From an uncultured Alphaproteobacteria bacterium (GTDB lineage: Bacteria > Pseudomonadota > Alphaproteobacteria > Sphingomonadales > Sphingomonadaceae), in assembly GCA_963829325.1 (NCBI GenBank), contig CAWHHN010000002.1, positions 272,772 through 336,771 on the forward strand: a DNA stretch of 64,000 nt, given 5' to 3'. The notes below the pieces were generated by a model. It had not been told where the DNA came from, ran no database searches, and saw only the letters and a program-made list of their open reading frames with translations. The position numbers and the translations under genes are program-made. Each line of letters opens with the position of its first letter. Within the stretch, counting starts at the first letter, position 1. Of this stretch, positions 8,597 to 19,730 are shown in pieces.

Positions 8597-11500
8597 TCTC
8601 GGCCACGACGCTTTCGCGGCCCACGGTGGAGACCGAGGCAAGCAGCGACAGCCAGCTGGTCACGCGAAATTCGAGCTCGGTCGCGCTGTAGCCGCGCCCG
8701 TCGGTGATGATTTCCGCATAGAAGCGGCGGCCGAAGTTCTTGCCCAGCGCGACCCCCGTGCCCCGGCCGAGAGCGGGGTCGGCGCTGACGATGCGGAGCC
8801 GGTCGAGACCGATGGCGCTGCGCAGCTGGTTGATCGGGTCCATCCCCCCGCCCCCGCGCAGGCTGGCGACCGCCGCGCCGAGCTGCAGCGCATCGGTCGC
8901 CGAGAGGCCGGTAATCGACCCTCCGAACAGCAGCCGCGCGAGGATTTCCTCTTCGGGCAGGGCAGGATCGGAACTGAAGGCGATCTCGGGCTGGGTCGCG
9001 TTGCCGCGAACCGTCACCACCACGGTAAGGTCGTTGGTCTCGGTTTCGGCGCGGATGTCCAGCTGGGGATTGATGGGTTGGTTTGCGTCGAAGTCGATCT
9101 CGCCGCGGGTCAGTTCGAAGCTCGTGCCGGCAAAGGAATAATCGCCGCGCACCACCCGCGCGCTGCCGCCGATCCGGGGATCGTCGGTGGTGCCGCGCAG
9201 GATGATGTCGGCACCCCATTCGCTGTCCAGGCCCATGCCGTCGACGTCGATCCGGCTGCTCGCGGTGGCGTCGATCAGATAACGCCAGGGGCGACCCGGA
9301 GCGACCCGCGGGGCGCGCGTGGCCGGGGCATTGATCTCGCGGGTGGGAATTTGCGGCAATCGCAGGTCGTCCGCGGCCGTGCCGAGGCGCCAGCTCGCGC
9401 GATCGACCCTGACCCGTCCGGCGATGGTCCCGCCGAGCCCGTTCGACACGATCCGCAGCGGACCGGTGATGGTCGCGGCGAGACCGCGCGAATCGAGCAG
9501 TCTGGCGTTGCTTGCCGCCGCCCGCAGGTCGATGATCGGCCCGCGCACCTCGAGCACGCGGCCTTCGACCGTTTCGCCCAGCGTGCGCAGGTCGACGATG
9601 CCGCTGCCGCTCACGCTGCCGCCGTTCTCGGTGCTTCCCGCGAAATGGGTGATCTGCAACCGCGAGCCCTGGAAGCGGCTGCGCAGCGCGACATCGCGGA
9701 TGTCGGTGCCCGACAGCGCGCTGCGGATACGCAGGCCATCGCTGGCGACCGATCCGCGCACCGTGGGATCCTGCAGCGAGCCCGTGGCATCGGCCGCGAT
9801 CGCCACGGGGCCGGTGACATCGAAGGTCTCCAGCGCGACCAGCCGCCACAGGCTCTCCGCCGCCCCGCGGTAGCGCAATTGCGCGAACAGCGAGCCGGTG
9901 CGCAGCCGGTCGAGCAGGATGCCCGATTGCGGCAGGCGCGTGATCTGGGCCTGCACCCGCCCGCGCTGGATATCCTCGTTGCGCAGCACGGCGCGCGCTT
10001 CGAGGTCGGTCTCGGTCAAGCGGGCGAGCAGGGCAACGTCGACCGGCCGCGAGGTGAGCACGAGTCCCGAGCGCGTCAGATCGTCGATCTTGACCTTCGC
10101 TTCGGCCACCGGCAGCCGGAACTGGCCGAGCCCATATTCGACCGTCCCCGAAATCGTCCCGCCGAGGCCGGTGTCGGGACGGACGATGTCGATCAGCGAC
10201 AGCGGCATCCGCGCGAGCTTGAAGCGGAACACCAGATCCTCGCCGCCGAACTGCCCCGAAGCGATCATTCCGCCATCGCCGTAAGACACTTGCGTCGGTG
10301 CCAGCCGCCAGCCGCCCCCGTCGAGGTTGGTCAGGACGGCGCGGCGCGGCATCGAAATCTTGCGTCCGGCAAACTCGCCCTGCGCCGCCAGCGCGATCCG
10401 TTGGGGGCTGATCTTGGCATTGAGGTCGAGCACGAAGCGGCTGCTGCGCCGTCCTGCAAGCGACAGGTCGATGCGGCCCACGCCATTGTCGACCTGGCCC
10501 TGCGCGGCAAGCCGCGAGACGAACAGCGTGCCGTAGGACAGGCCGGCCGCCGTGCCAGAACCGCTGAAGCTCGATCGCCCGTCGCGGATCAGGCCGCTCG
10601 CCTCGACATCCGCACGAGCTATGCGCAGTTGAGTGCTGCCGCCGAAGCGGGCGTTGCGCGCTTCGAGCGAGACTTCGACCCCCTGTCCGCCGCCGCGCGG
10701 GGCGAGCGCCACCGTACCGTCGAGCCCGCCCCCGGCAAAGCCGATCTGCCCTTTCGCGCCGCCATCGACCAGCGTGAGTCCGCCCGTCACTTCGGTTTGC
10801 GAGACGGTGAGACGGGCGATATCGATCCGCGTCGGGCCGCCGGCGGGCGCATAGAGGCCAAGATTGCCCTCGAACGGCCCGAGCACCGATCCGCCGCTGG
10901 CGTCGATGGCAAATCCTTCGTCTGTCGGTGCGATGGCAAGCCTGACGTCCTCGAGCCCGGTAACCGGACGGGCGAATACCAGCACTGCCTTCGGCCCCTC
11001 GTCGGCAAGCGTCGCCTCGACCGTGAAATCGCCATAGGAGACATGCGTGCCCGAGCCGGCGATCCGCGTGGTCCCGTTTTCGATGCTGCCGTCGAGCGCC
11101 ATGCGCAATTTGCTCGCCTCCACCCGCAGCCGGTCGAACTCGAGCGCCGCATTGCCGCCCGCCGCTATGCCGCCCCGAACCCGGATCGGCGTTCCCGCAA
11201 GATTGGCGAGCGTCGCATTGGTCACCGGTGCAACGCGCGCGTCGAGATCGGCGGTCAGCCGCCAGGGTGCCCCCGGCGCCAGGACCAGGTCGATCATCGC
11301 CGAGCCGGCCGCCGTGCCGACATTGTCGAGCGCCAGCCGTTCCGCCCGGATCGGGCCGCGGATCTCGTAGCGGCCGCTTGCCAAATCGCCGCGCAGCGCA
11401 AGATTGGCCGAGGTTCCCGGAAACGACAGCCGCAGATCGTCCGCCAGCAGCCTGGATCCCGCAAGAACCACCGTACCGCGCACCGTACCGTCGACGAGCC

Positions 11501-12788
11501 GCGGATCGATCCAGCCATTGCCGCTGACGACCCTGCTTACCGCAAGATCGAGCGGCAAGGTCCAGCGCGTGCCGTCGTAGCGGGCGACACCTTGCTGGCG
11601 GAGGTCGGCGAGAACCGTTCCCCCCGCATCCAGCGAAGCGACGCGCACGTCATGACTGATCGAAAGGTCGTCGAACGGGCCGTCGATCGTCGCGGTCAGC
11701 CGCGCATCCTCGAGCGCGAGATCGGGGCCGAACAAGCTGGGATCGCGCACAACGGCAGCCAGCTCGAGCCCTTCGGTGCGGTTTTGCGCCAGATCCACTG
11801 TGCCCTGCGCATCGAGCCGGAGCCCTTGTCCGATCACCGTGGCGCTGGCGAGATCCACCACCCGGCTGTCGATCGCAGCCCGCGCCTTGATCGCCACATC
11901 CTCGCCCAGCGCACGCGCGGGAACACCCGAGAGGAAATCCGACGGATCGATTTTTCCCAAGACCCCGAAGCTGCCCGACCGATTGCTGATCCGCAGCGCG
12001 GCCACGCGCGTCTCATCGCTCCGTATCAGCAGGCCGCCTGTCCAGCTCGACCATGTTCCGTCACCCTCGAGGCGGACGGTATAGGCAGCATCGAGACCTG
12101 CCAGACCGACCAGCGGCCCGCCCCTTGCCGCATCGACAGCGAGCTCGATATCGAAATCGTCGCCGTCCGGTTCGGCATCGAGCAGCACCGCTATCCGGTC
12201 GCGCTTGCCCAGTTTTCCGTCGAGATCGACCATCATGCGGCGGTCTTCGACCTGTACCTCGCCGGCCAGGTCGACCCGCTGGGCTTGTTCGCCGGCAATC
12301 CCGGCCGCCAGCGTGAGATCGTCGATCTCGAGCCGATCGATCGAAATGTCGAAGCCGGGAAGAACCGGGGTGTCCTTCTCGCTCGGAAGGAATTCGGGCA
12401 AGCGTCGAAGCGTGCCGCGCCGGGCCGCGAAGCTGTCGATCTCGAGCCGGTTGGAAAGCCATGCCCCCGGATTCCAGTCGACCTCGGCCCGGGGAATGGT
12501 CAGGAAGACCCCCTGCGGATCCGACAGGCGGACATCATGCAGCACCGCTGCTCCGTAAAGATTTCCCTCGATCCTGCCGATCTTGACGTTGAGGCCGTTG
12601 GGAAAGGTTCGCTGGGCGATCTGGCTTGCCAGAAAGCGCTCGCCGATCGGCGTGTTGAGCACCACGAGCGCCCCCGCAATCAGCAACACGACGGCCGCCG
12701 CTATCCCCAGCAGCCATTTGCCGAGCCGGCGCGGCCCCGCGGGAGAAGACCGCGAGTGTTCGGTGTCGAGTTCCTCCCCCTGCGCCAT
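8580..12788 (-). CDS. tamB: Translocation and assembly module protein TamB
   Basis: N-terminal TM anchor, long beta-rich body, C-terminal DUF490-like region; ATG 12788 overlaps the tamA stop (TGATG). Confidence 0.92.
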   Translation of the reverse strand: MAQGEELDTEHSRSSPAGPRRLGKWLLGIAAAVVLLIAGALVVLNTPIGERFLASQIAQRTFPNGLNVKIGRIEGNLYGAAVLHDVRLSDPQGVFLTIPRAEVDWNPGAWLSNRLEIDSFAARRGTLRRLPEFLPSEKDTPVLPGFDISIDRLEIDDLTLAAGIAGEQAQRVDLAGEVQVEDRRMMVDLDGKLGKRDRIAVLLDAEPDGDDFDIELAVDAARGGPLVGLAGLDAAYTVRLEGDGTWSSWTGGLLIRSDETRVAALRISNRSGSFGVLGKIDPSDFLSGVPARALGEDVAIKARAAIDSRVVDLASATVIGQGLRLDAQGTVDLAQNRTEGLELAAVVRDPSLFGPDLALEDARLTATIDGPFDDLSISHDVRVASLDAGGTVLADLRQQGVARYDGTRWTLPLDLAVSRVVSGNGWIDPRLVDGTVRGTVVLAGSRLLADDLRLSFPGTSANLALRGDLASGRYEIRGPIRAERLALDNVGTAAGSAMIDLVLAPGAPWRLTADLDARVAPVTNATLANLAGTPIRVRGGIAAGGNAALEFDRLRVEASKLRMALDGSIENGTTRIAGSGTHVSYGDFTVEATLADEGPKAVLVFARPVTGLEDVRLAIAPTDEGFAIDASGGSVLGPFEGNLGLYAPAGGPTRIDIARLTVSQTEVTGGLTLVDGGAKGQIGFAGGGLDGTVALAPRGGGQGVEVSLEARNARFGGSTQLRIARADVEASGLIRDGRSSFSGSGTAAGLSYGTLFVSRLAAQGQVDNGVGRIDLSLAGRRSSRFVLDLNAKISPQRIALAAQGEFAGRKISMPRRAVLTNLDGGGWRLAPTQVSYGDGGMIASGQFGGEDLVFRFKLARMPLSLIDIVRPDTGLGGTISGTVEYGLGQFRLPVAEAKVKIDDLTRSGLVLTSRPVDVALLARLTETDLEARAVLRNEDIQRGRVQAQITRLPQSGILLDRLRTGSLFAQLRYRGAAESLWRLVALETFDVTGPVAIAADATGSLQDPTVRGSVASDGLRIRSALSGTDIRDVALRSRFQGSRLQITHFAGSTENGGSVSGSGIVDLRTLGETVEGRVLEVRGPIIDLRAAASNARLLDSRGLAATITGPLRIVSNGLGGTIAGRVRVDRASWRLGTAADDLRLPQIPTREINAPATRAPRVAPGRPWRYLIDATASSRIDVDGMGLDSEWGADIILRGTTDDPRIGGSARVVRGDYSFAGTSFELTRGEIDFDANQPINPQLDIRAETETNDLTVVVTVRGNATQPEIAFSSDPALPEEEILARLLFGGSITGLSATDALQLGAAVASLRGGGGMDPINQLRSAIGLDRLRIVSADPALGRGTGVALGKNFGRRFYAEIITDGRGYSATELEFRVTSWLSLLASVSTVGRESVVAEISRDY

Positions 12789-14926
12789 CAGAATGCCTGG
12801 CCGAGCGAGACGTAGACCGCGACCGAGGCATCCTCGGGATCGGGATTGAGCGGGACGCCGACGTCCAGCCGGATCGGACCGAAGCCGGTGGTGTAGCGCA
12901 GCCCGATCCCGGCCCCCATCTTGACCTCGCCGAAATCGGGAGAGGTCGAGGTCGAGACGCTCCCGAGATCGAAGAACGGCACCACCGAGACCGCCCCGTC
13001 GAGGAAGCCGGTACCGATGCGCGCTTCGACCGAGGCTTCGACTAGGCTGCGCCCGCCGATCGGCTCCATGAACTCGTTCTTCGGGCCGATCGATTGATAG
13101 CCGTAGCCGCGCACCGAACCGCCACCCCCGGCATAGAGCCGGCGCGATGGGGCGATGCCGACGAGAGCGGCGCCCTGGATGCTGGCGAACGCCACGCGCC
13201 CCGCGAGCACGGTGCGATCCGCAACCGACTGATAATACGACGCATCGACCCGGTTGCGCAGATAATAGAACTGCTCGCCTTCGGTCCGCGATGTCTCGGG
13301 CGCGAGGAAACCCGTCACGCGGAAGCCGCGCGTCGGATCGAGCAGCGAGTCGCTGGTGTCGATCGTCGCGCGACCGAATACTGAACCGATGAAATAGGTC
13401 TGACGGGGGCGTGCGATCCCGTTGACGATGCGGTTGCGCTCGTCGGTCGCGAGGATCTCGGCGCCCAGCCCCCATGCCAGCGGTTTCTGGAACAGCAGCG
13501 TGGAGGTGCGTTCGTAGATTCCCGACACGGCGACAGTGCGGGCGTCATAGGCGTCCGTATCGACCGTCGAGGCGTAGGCATCGAGCGTCAGCACCTTGTC
13601 GCGACCGCCGAAATTGTTCTTGCGGAAGGTTACCCCGGCGAGCTGCTCCTGCGTCCCCACGATCCCGCGCACACGCAATGCACCTTCCGGCGGGAAGAGA
13701 TTGCGATGTTCCCAACTGGCCTGGATGCGGAAGCCCTCTTCCGAACCATAGCCGATCGCGCCCGAAATCGTTCGCAGCTTGGCGCGTTCGAGGGCGACGT
13801 CCATGGCGACCACGCCGGGTTCGTCGCCCGACGGCGCTACCACCTCGCGCGGGGTTACCGACACGCTGGAGACCAGCCCCGTCGCGGTGATCGCCCGGCG
13901 CAGATCGAGTTCGAGGCTGCGCTGGTAGACCTCGCCGGGCTCGAAGCGGGCGATGTCGGCCAGATGTCCGCTCGACAGGAAATCATCGTCGTCGCTGACG
14001 ACCTCGCCGAAGACGTATTTTCCCTTGGGCCGTACCGCCATGGTGAGATCGCCCTCGAGACGCGCATGGTCGATCAGCAGCTCGGGCTCGTCGATCTCGG
14101 CAAAGGCATAACCGGTCTCGCCCAGAGTCCGGTCGAGGTCGAAGCGTTCGCGTTCGATCACGTCGGACTGAAGGTAATCGCCCGTGACGATCTCGAATGC
14201 GGATCGCAACATCGCGGCATCGGGCGCCGTTTCGAGCCGCCCGAGACCGATCGCCCCATAGCGATAGCGCGGCCCGGGAATGACGTCGAAACGCACACGG
14301 GGCTGGGGCACAGCGCTCTCCTCGCCCGCGCTCCGCGTCCCGATGGTACGGATGATCTCCCCATCGTAATAGCCATAGACCCGCAGCAGAGTGGCCAGCA
14401 GGTCCTGGTCCTCGCGCGCGCGCGCGGCCAGCTGGGCCACGTTCTCGTCGCCTGCGTCGAGTTCCTCGATCGTCGAGAGGGCTTCGAAGCGGTCGACGAA
14501 ATCCTCGCGCTCGCTGAACGGCGGCTCCTTCTGCGGGAAGCCGAGCACCAGCGTATCCGAAAGCTCCTCGAGATCGGCATCGGCGAAAGCGACCTGCGGC
14601 CTGTCCGCGAGCAAATCCGCAAACTGGATATCTGCTTCGGGTTCGAGTGGCTCGATCGGCTCGATCTCGATATCCTCGGGCCAGGCAATGCTCATGTCCG
14701 GCAATTCGGACGTCGGAGTATCGGCCCCGATCTCGGATGCGGTTTGCGCCTCTTCGGCGGCGGGCCCATCGGTTCCCTGATTGGCCCATGCCTCGGGATT
14801 TTCGACCGCGCTGTCGGGGATCAATTCTTCGAGATCGGCCGAGGTGTCGATATCCTGCGCCGCCAGCGGCTGCGCTGCCAGCGTGAGCGCGAGGCAGGCG
14901 GCCAGCGCGGCGCGCGTCGAAATCAG
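12788..14926 (-). CDS. tamA: Omp85-family TamA; start probably non-canonical (CTG 14926 or ATT 14923)
   Basis: POTRA-like region, [26 protein letters not shown]-terminal SLGQAF; signal peptide [21 protein letters not shown]. Confidence 0.9.
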   Translation of the reverse strand: MISTRAALAACLALTLAAQPLAAQDIDTSADLEELIPDSAVENPEAWANQGTDGPAAEEAQTASEIGADTPTSELPDMSIAWPEDIEIEPIEPLEPEADIQFADLLADRPQVAFADADLEELSDTLVLGFPQKEPPFSEREDFVDRFEALSTIEELDAGDENVAQLAARAREDQDLLATLLRVYGYYDGEIIRTIGTRSAGEESAVPQPRVRFDVIPGPRYRYGAIGLGRLETAPDAAMLRSAFEIVTGDYLQSDVIERERFDLDRTLGETGYAFAEIDEPELLIDHARLEGDLTMAVRPKGKYVFGEVVSDDDDFLSSGHLADIARFEPGEVYQRSLELDLRRAITATGLVSSVSVTPREVVAPSGDEPGVVAMDVALERAKLRTISGAIGYGSEEGFRIQASWEHRNLFPPEGALRVRGIVGTQEQLAGVTFRKNNFGGRDKVLTLDAYASTVDTDAYDARTVAVSGIYERTSTLLFQKPLAWGLGAEILATDERNRIVNGIARPRQTYFIGSVFGRATIDTSDSLLDPTRGFRVTGFLAPETSRTEGEQFYYLRNRVDASYYQSVADRTVLAGRVAFASIQGAALVGIAPSRRLYAGGGGSVRGYGYQSIGPKNEFMEPIGGRSLVEASVEARIGTGFLDGAVSVVPFFDLGSVSTSTSPDFGEVKMGAGIGLRYTTGFGPIRLDVGVPLNPDPEDASVAVYVSLGQAF

Positions 14927-15765
14927 TCGGCGATCCGGTAGGCCGAAGCACGCCCGTCCTTGGCCGGCAGGGCTTCGTCGCGGCGCTTGCCGCGGGGAGC
15001 GGTGGCCGCGGCAATGAGTCGCCGCTGCTTGTCTTCGGGCATCCGCTCCCACCCTCCGCGGGCGAGCTGTTCGAGCGGGCGGTAGCGGACCTTGTACTGC
15101 ATCCGGTCTGCGCCTTCGACCCAATAGCCGAGGTAGACGTAAGGCAGACCCCGATCGGCCGCCCGGCGGATGTGATCGAGAATGATGTAGTTCCCAAGCC
15201 CTGCGCGATCCTCATGCTCAGGGTCGTAGAAGCTGTAGATCATCGACAGCCCATCGCCCTGATAGTCCGTGAGACATGCACCGACCAGACGACCTGGTTC
15301 GGCGCCGACTCCCGGCTCCCGGTACTCGATTAAATAACTTGAGACCGAGGTATGTTCCACCATGTCGGCGAAATCCGATTCATCCATCTGCGTCATCCCG
15401 CCCCCGGGATGGCGAACCGCGAGATATTTCTGCAGCAGTTCGAACTGTTCGGCGGTCGCCCACGGACGGCATTCGGTGGCGACGAGATCGCCATTGGCCT
15501 TGAGCGCGCGCTTCTGCGCAGACGAAGGCTTGAATTCCTCCGCCACCACGCGGACCGAAACACAGGCCTGGCAATCGAGGCACGAGGGACGGTAGGCGAC
15601 GGTCTGACTGCGACGAAAACCGATGCGGCCCAGCGCTTCGTTCAATTCGTCGGCGTTTTCTCCGCTCAGCTCGGTGAATACCTTGCGCTCGCTCTTGCCC
15701 GGCAGATACGGACACGGCGCAGGGCTGGTCACGAAGAAGCGGGGGAAGCGGATCGGGGCCGTCAC
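14923..15765 (-). CDS. ate: ATE-family aminoacyl-tRNA-protein transferase (bacterial Ate/Bpt)
   Basis: PCPYLPG, GFRRSQ...[32 protein letters not shown]. Confidence 0.93.
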   Translation of the reverse strand: MTAPIRFPRFFVTSPAPCPYLPGKSERKVFTELSGENADELNEALGRIGFRRSQTVAYRPSCLDCQACVSVRVVAEEFKPSSAQKRALKANGDLVATECRPWATAEQFELLQKYLAVRHPGGGMTQMDESDFADMVEHTSVSSYLIEYREPGVGAEPGRLVGACLTDYQGDGLSMIYSFYDPEHEDRAGLGNYIILDHIRRAADRGLPYVYLGYWVEGADRMQYKVRYRPLEQLARGGWERMPEDKQRRLIAAATAPRGKRRDEALPAKDGRASAYRIAD

Positions 15766-15837
15766 GGTGTGGAGCGTCCTTTCGGCTGTGTAGAGGTTGC
15801 CTTCAATAGACGCATCAATGCCAGAGGCGGTGCCGGG

Positions 15838-15856
15838 TTAAAAGTGTCTTAACCAT
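15838..15856. promoter_or_regulatory. CtrA binding site upstream of ate-tamA-tamB
   Basis: TTAA-AAGTGTC-TTAACCAT: perfect TTAA-N7-TTAAC in the only intergenic gap upstream of ate. Confidence 0.8.
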
Positions 15857-15934
15857 GAAAAGCGCTGTCGGTCCGTCGAATGGCTCGGGACCGGGGCCGA
15901 TCCGCGGGGGCGCGGGGCCGCACGGCGCGTCGCG

Positions 15935-17188
15935 TCACGCGAGTTCGGCGAGTTCCACCGAATAGCCCTTGCCCTGGAGCGTCGCGACGAGCCGGTCGAT
16001 CTGCTCGCCGTCGCGCGCCTCGCATTCGATCTCGGTGATCAGCCCCTTCGCAGGCAGGGTCGTGAAAATGCGCTGGTGGTAGATTTCGATGATGTTGACG
16101 TTGTGCTCGTTGAATTCGCGCATCACCTTGTAGAGCGCGCCCGGGCGGTCCTGGAGCGTGATCCTCAGCCGGGCGAGCCGACCCGAACGGGCGAGATCGC
16201 GCAACAGCACATTCGCCAGCAGGCGAGTGTCGATGTTCCCGCCGCACAACACCAGCCCGATCGTCTTGCCGGCGAACCGTTCCGGATAGGACAGCACCGC
16301 GGCCAGCCCCGCGGCACCGGCACCCTCGACCACGGTCTTTTCGATCTGGAGCAGGAGCGCTACCGAATGCTCGAGTGCGGATTCCTCCACCAGCAGGACC
16401 TCGTCGACCAGTTCGCCGATGATCCTGCGGGTGAATTCTCCCGGCGCCTTGACCGCGATCCCCTCGGCGAGCGTATCGCCGCCGCAAGGCATCTCGTCGC
16501 CGGTCACCGCGCTGTACATCGAGGGATAGAGCTTCGCCTGGACGCCGATCAGGCCGATGTCCGGTTTGAGCGCCCTTGCGACGGTCGCCATGCCGCTCAT
16601 CAGTCCGCCGCCGCCGATCGGCACCACGAGACAGTCGAAGTCGTCCTTCTCCTCGAGCATCTCGAGCGCCACCGTCCCCTGCCCGGCAGCGACCAGCGGA
16701 TCGTCGAAGGGGTGGACGAAGGTGAGACCGCGCTGCTGCTCCAGCTCGCGCGCATGGGCATAGGCTTCGTCGAAGGTCTCTCCGTGGAGCACGACGTTGC
16801 CGCCGACGCTCTCGGTCTGCATCACCTTCACGCTGGGGGTGGTCTGCGGCATGACGATGGTGACCGGCACGCCCAGCCTCCGACCATGGTAGCTGAGCCC
16901 CTGGCTGTGATTGCCCGCCGATGCGGCGATGACGCCGCGCGCCCTCTGCTCCTCGGTCAGATGGAGCAATGCGTTGAGCGCCCCACGTTCCTTGTAGGCG
17001 GCGGTGAACTGATGATTCTCGAACTTCAGCCAGATGTCCGCCCCGGTGATTTCCGACAGCGTCTGCGATCGCTGCATCGGCGTCCGCACCACCGAGCCGC
17101 GGATTCGCGCGGCGGCGGCGCGGACGTCGTCGAGCGTCAGGAGATCGGTCGCCTTGTCGGCAGCGCGGGCGTTCGAGCCTTGTGTCAT
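15935..17188 (-). CDS. ilvA: Threonine ammonia-lyase with C-terminal ACT domain
   Basis: KFENHQFTAAYKERGA (PLP Lys), ASAGNH, VPIGGGGL, CGGNID; ATG 17188. Confidence 0.9.
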   Translation of the reverse strand: MTQGSNARAADKATDLLTLDDVRAAAARIRGSVVRTPMQRSQTLSEITGADIWLKFENHQFTAAYKERGALNALLHLTEEQRARGVIAASAGNHSQGLSYHGRRLGVPVTIVMPQTTPSVKVMQTESVGGNVVLHGETFDEAYAHARELEQQRGLTFVHPFDDPLVAAGQGTVALEMLEEKDDFDCLVVPIGGGGLMSGMATVARALKPDIGLIGVQAKLYPSMYSAVTGDEMPCGGDTLAEGIAVKAPGEFTRRIIGELVDEVLLVEESALEHSVALLLQIEKTVVEGAGAAGLAAVLSYPERFAGKTIGLVLCGGNIDTRLLANVLLRDLARSGRLARLRITLQDRPGALYKVMREFNEHNVNIIEIYHQRIFTTLPAKGLITEIECEARDGEQIDRLVATLQGKGYSVELAELA

Positions 17189-17297
17189 GCCGCTGCCCCT
17201 ACGGCGCAGCGGTCTGCCGCGCAATCGCGGAAAGGGTTTGCGCGAACCAAGCTATGCCTTATCGGCATCCTCGCGAACGCAGTGGGACCGCTCTGAA

Positions 17298-18947
17298 ATG
17301 AAACTGAAAATCCTCGCCGCCCTGTGTACCTTCATGGTCTGCGCGCCGGCGCGAGCCGATGTGCTGGTCGACAATGTCGAAGGCATCACGATCGACGAAG
17401 ACGGCGCGGTCCTGCGCTTCACCGGGCTGGTAATCGACGACGACGGCAAAATCGCCCAGCTGCTGCGGCGCAACGACAAGAAGCCGCAGACCGACTATCG
17501 CGAGGACGGCAAGGGCCGGGTCATGATCCCCGGCCTGATCGATGCTCATGTGCATGTCATGGGGATCGGCATCGGGGCGCTGACGCTCGACCTGTCGGAT
17601 ACCAATTCGCTGGCCGAGGCACTCGACAGGATCCGCCGCTTCGCCGAGGAAAACCCCAGCCGCCCGTGGATCCTCGGGCGCGGCTGGAACCAGGAAAAAT
17701 GGCGGCTCGGACGGTTTCCCACGGCCGCCGAACTCGACGGCGCGGTGTCCGACCGGCCAGTCTATCTCCAGCGTGTCGACGGTCACGCGGGCTGGGCCAA
17801 CAGCATGGCGATGCAGGTGGCGGGCATCACTGCCGCGACCGGCGATCCCGACGGCGGACGGGTCGAACGGCTGACTGGGGGGCGGCAGCCCTCGGGCGTC
17901 TTCGTCGACGCCGCCGAGGAACTGATGACCGCCGCCATCCCGGCGCCGCGGCCGAAGGAGCGCGACCTTGCCTTTGCCGAGGCGCAGAGGCTGCTCAACC
18001 GGATGGGCGTTACCGCCGTCGCCGACATGGGCACGACGATCGAGGACTGGCAGGCATTCCGCCGCGCGGGCGACAGCGGCGCACTCACCCTGCGCATCAT
18101 GTCCTACGCCGCAGGTCCGGACACCATGGAACTGATCGCCGGATCGCGGCCCTCGCCCTGGCTATACGACGACAGGTTGCGGATGAACGGGGTGAAGCTC
18201 TACCTCGATGGCGCATTGGGCAGCCGCGGGGCATGGCTCAAGCAGCCCTACGCCGACGACCCCGGCAACACCGGCCTGCCGCTGATGGGCTCCGCCAAAT
18301 TGCGCAACATACTCGTGCGCGCCGCGCAGGGCGATTTCCAGCCGGCCATCCATGCGATCGGCGATGCGGCCAATGCCGAAGCGCTCAACGCGGTCTCCGA
18401 AATCGCCGAAAGCTTTCCAGGCGACCGCCGGTGGCGGATCGAACACGCCCAGATCGTCGATCCGGCCGACATTGCCAAATTCGGCCGCAACGGCATCATC
18501 GCCTCGATGCAACCGGTCCACCAGACCAGCGACCGGCAGATGGCCGAAGCTCGGCTGGGGCCCGGCCGGCTCGAAGGCGCCTATGCCTGGAACACGATCC
18601 TGCAGCAGGGCGGCCGCCTGGCCTTCGGCTCGGATGCGCCGGTGGAGTCGCCCGATCCCTTTGCCGGAATGGCGGCAGCGATCACCCGCACGGATGCCGC
18701 CGGCGAGCCATTCGGCGGCTGGCGCCCCGAGGAAAGGGTCACGCGCGAGCAGGCTCTGGCGGGCTTCACCAGCGGTGCGGCCTATGCCGGTTTCGCCGAA
18801 CGCCGGTTCGGGCGGCTGCTACCGGGTCAACGGGCCGATTTCGTGCTCGTCGATCGCGACCCGTTGCTCGCCACCCCATCCGAACTGCGCGAGACCAGGG
18901 TCCTCGAGACCTGGGTCGGCGGCCGCAAGGTCTACGATGCCGACTGA
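17298..18947 (+). CDS. Exported amidohydrolase-3 family (YtcJ-like) metallohydrolase
   Basis: PGLIDAHVH, RVDGHAGWAN, KLYLDGALGSRGA, HAIGD, RIEHAQ, FGSDAPVE; signal peptide. Confidence 0.9.
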   Translation: MKLKILAALCTFMVCAPARADVLVDNVEGITIDEDGAVLRFTGLVIDDDGKIAQLLRRNDKKPQTDYREDGKGRVMIPGLIDAHVHVMGIGIGALTLDLSDTNSLAEALDRIRRFAEENPSRPWILGRGWNQEKWRLGRFPTAAELDGAVSDRPVYLQRVDGHAGWANSMAMQVAGITAATGDPDGGRVERLTGGRQPSGVFVDAAEELMTAAIPAPRPKERDLAFAEAQRLLNRMGVTAVADMGTTIEDWQAFRRAGDSGALTLRIMSYAAGPDTMELIAGSRPSPWLYDDRLRMNGVKLYLDGALGSRGAWLKQPYADDPGNTGLPLMGSAKLRNILVRAAQGDFQPAIHAIGDAANAEALNAVSEIAESFPGDRRWRIEHAQIVDPADIAKFGRNGIIASMQPVHQTSDRQMAEARLGPGRLEGAYAWNTILQQGGRLAFGSDAPVESPDPFAGMAAAITRTDAAGEPFGGWRPEERVTREQALAGFTSGAAYAGFAERRFGRLLPGQRADFVLVDRDPLLATPSELRETRVLETWVGGRKVYDAD

Positions 18948-19729
18948 GCCTCTTCGGACTCTTCGCTCTCGGGAGCGGCGCGACTGCGTTCGGTAAACCG
19001 CATCAGTAGCAGCGAGCCTTCGAACAGCAGCAGCAGCGGGATTGCGAGCAGAAGCTGCGATCCCGGATCGGGCGGAGTGATGACCGCTGCGACGATCGCG
19101 ACCATCACCACCACGTAGCGCCGCGCGGCGACCAATTGCGCGCGCGTCACGATGCCCGCGCGATGGAGCAACAGCAACAGCACGGGCAACAGGAAGCTCA
19201 TCCCGAACGCAAGAATGAACTGCATCACCAGGCCGAGGTATTCGTTGGCGGTCGGCAAGGCCTGGATCTCGAGCCCGCCCGCCGTGCCCTGGAAACCCAG
19301 AAACCATCTGAAGGCGGTCGGCATCACCACGTAATAGGCCAGCGAAGCTCCCGCCAGGAAAAGGATCGGCGTGGCCAGAAGGAAGGGCAGGAACGCCTTC
19401 TTCTCGCGCGCGTAAAGCCCCGGCGCAACGAAGGCCCACAGCTGGTTGGCGATGACCGGAAAGCTGAGACAGAAGCCCGCGAAAAGCGCGACCTTCAATT
19501 CCACGAAGAACACTTCGTAGAGTTTGGTGAAGATCAGCTGCCCTTCGCCCGGCGGGAAAGCCGATTTGAGCGGCTGGATCAGAAATCCCAGGATCGGATC
19601 GGCAAAATAGAGGCAGATCGCGAATGCGACGACCAGGGCCAGAAGGCACCGCACCAGCCGCGCCCGCAATTCGATCAGATGATCGAGCAGCGGTGCTTGC
19701 GTTTCGTCGATATCCCTGATCGCGACCAT
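18932..19729 (-). CDS. tatC: Twin-arginine translocase subunit TatC
   Basis: LLDHLIELR, PGLYAREK, ITPPDPGSQ. Confidence 0.96.
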   Translation of the reverse strand: MVAIRDIDETQAPLLDHLIELRARLVRCLLALVVAFAICLYFADPILGFLIQPLKSAFPPGEGQLIFTKLYEVFFVELKVALFAGFCLSFPVIANQLWAFVAPGLYAREKKAFLPFLLATPILFLAGASLAYYVVMPTAFRWFLGFQGTAGGLEIQALPTANEYLGLVMQFILAFGMSFLLPVLLLLLHRAGIVTRAQLVAARRYVVVMVAIVAAVITPPDPGSQLLLAIPLLLLFEGSLLLMRFTERSRAAPESEESEEAQSAS

Positions 19730-19730
19730 C

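Noticed and set aside
8460-12815. 1451-aa plus-strand ORF
   Set aside because: Antisense shadow of tamB; no domain signal
12789-13475. Long upstream extension of the tamB ORF
   Set aside because: Overlaps tamA in another frame; the real start is ATG 12788 before the TM anchor
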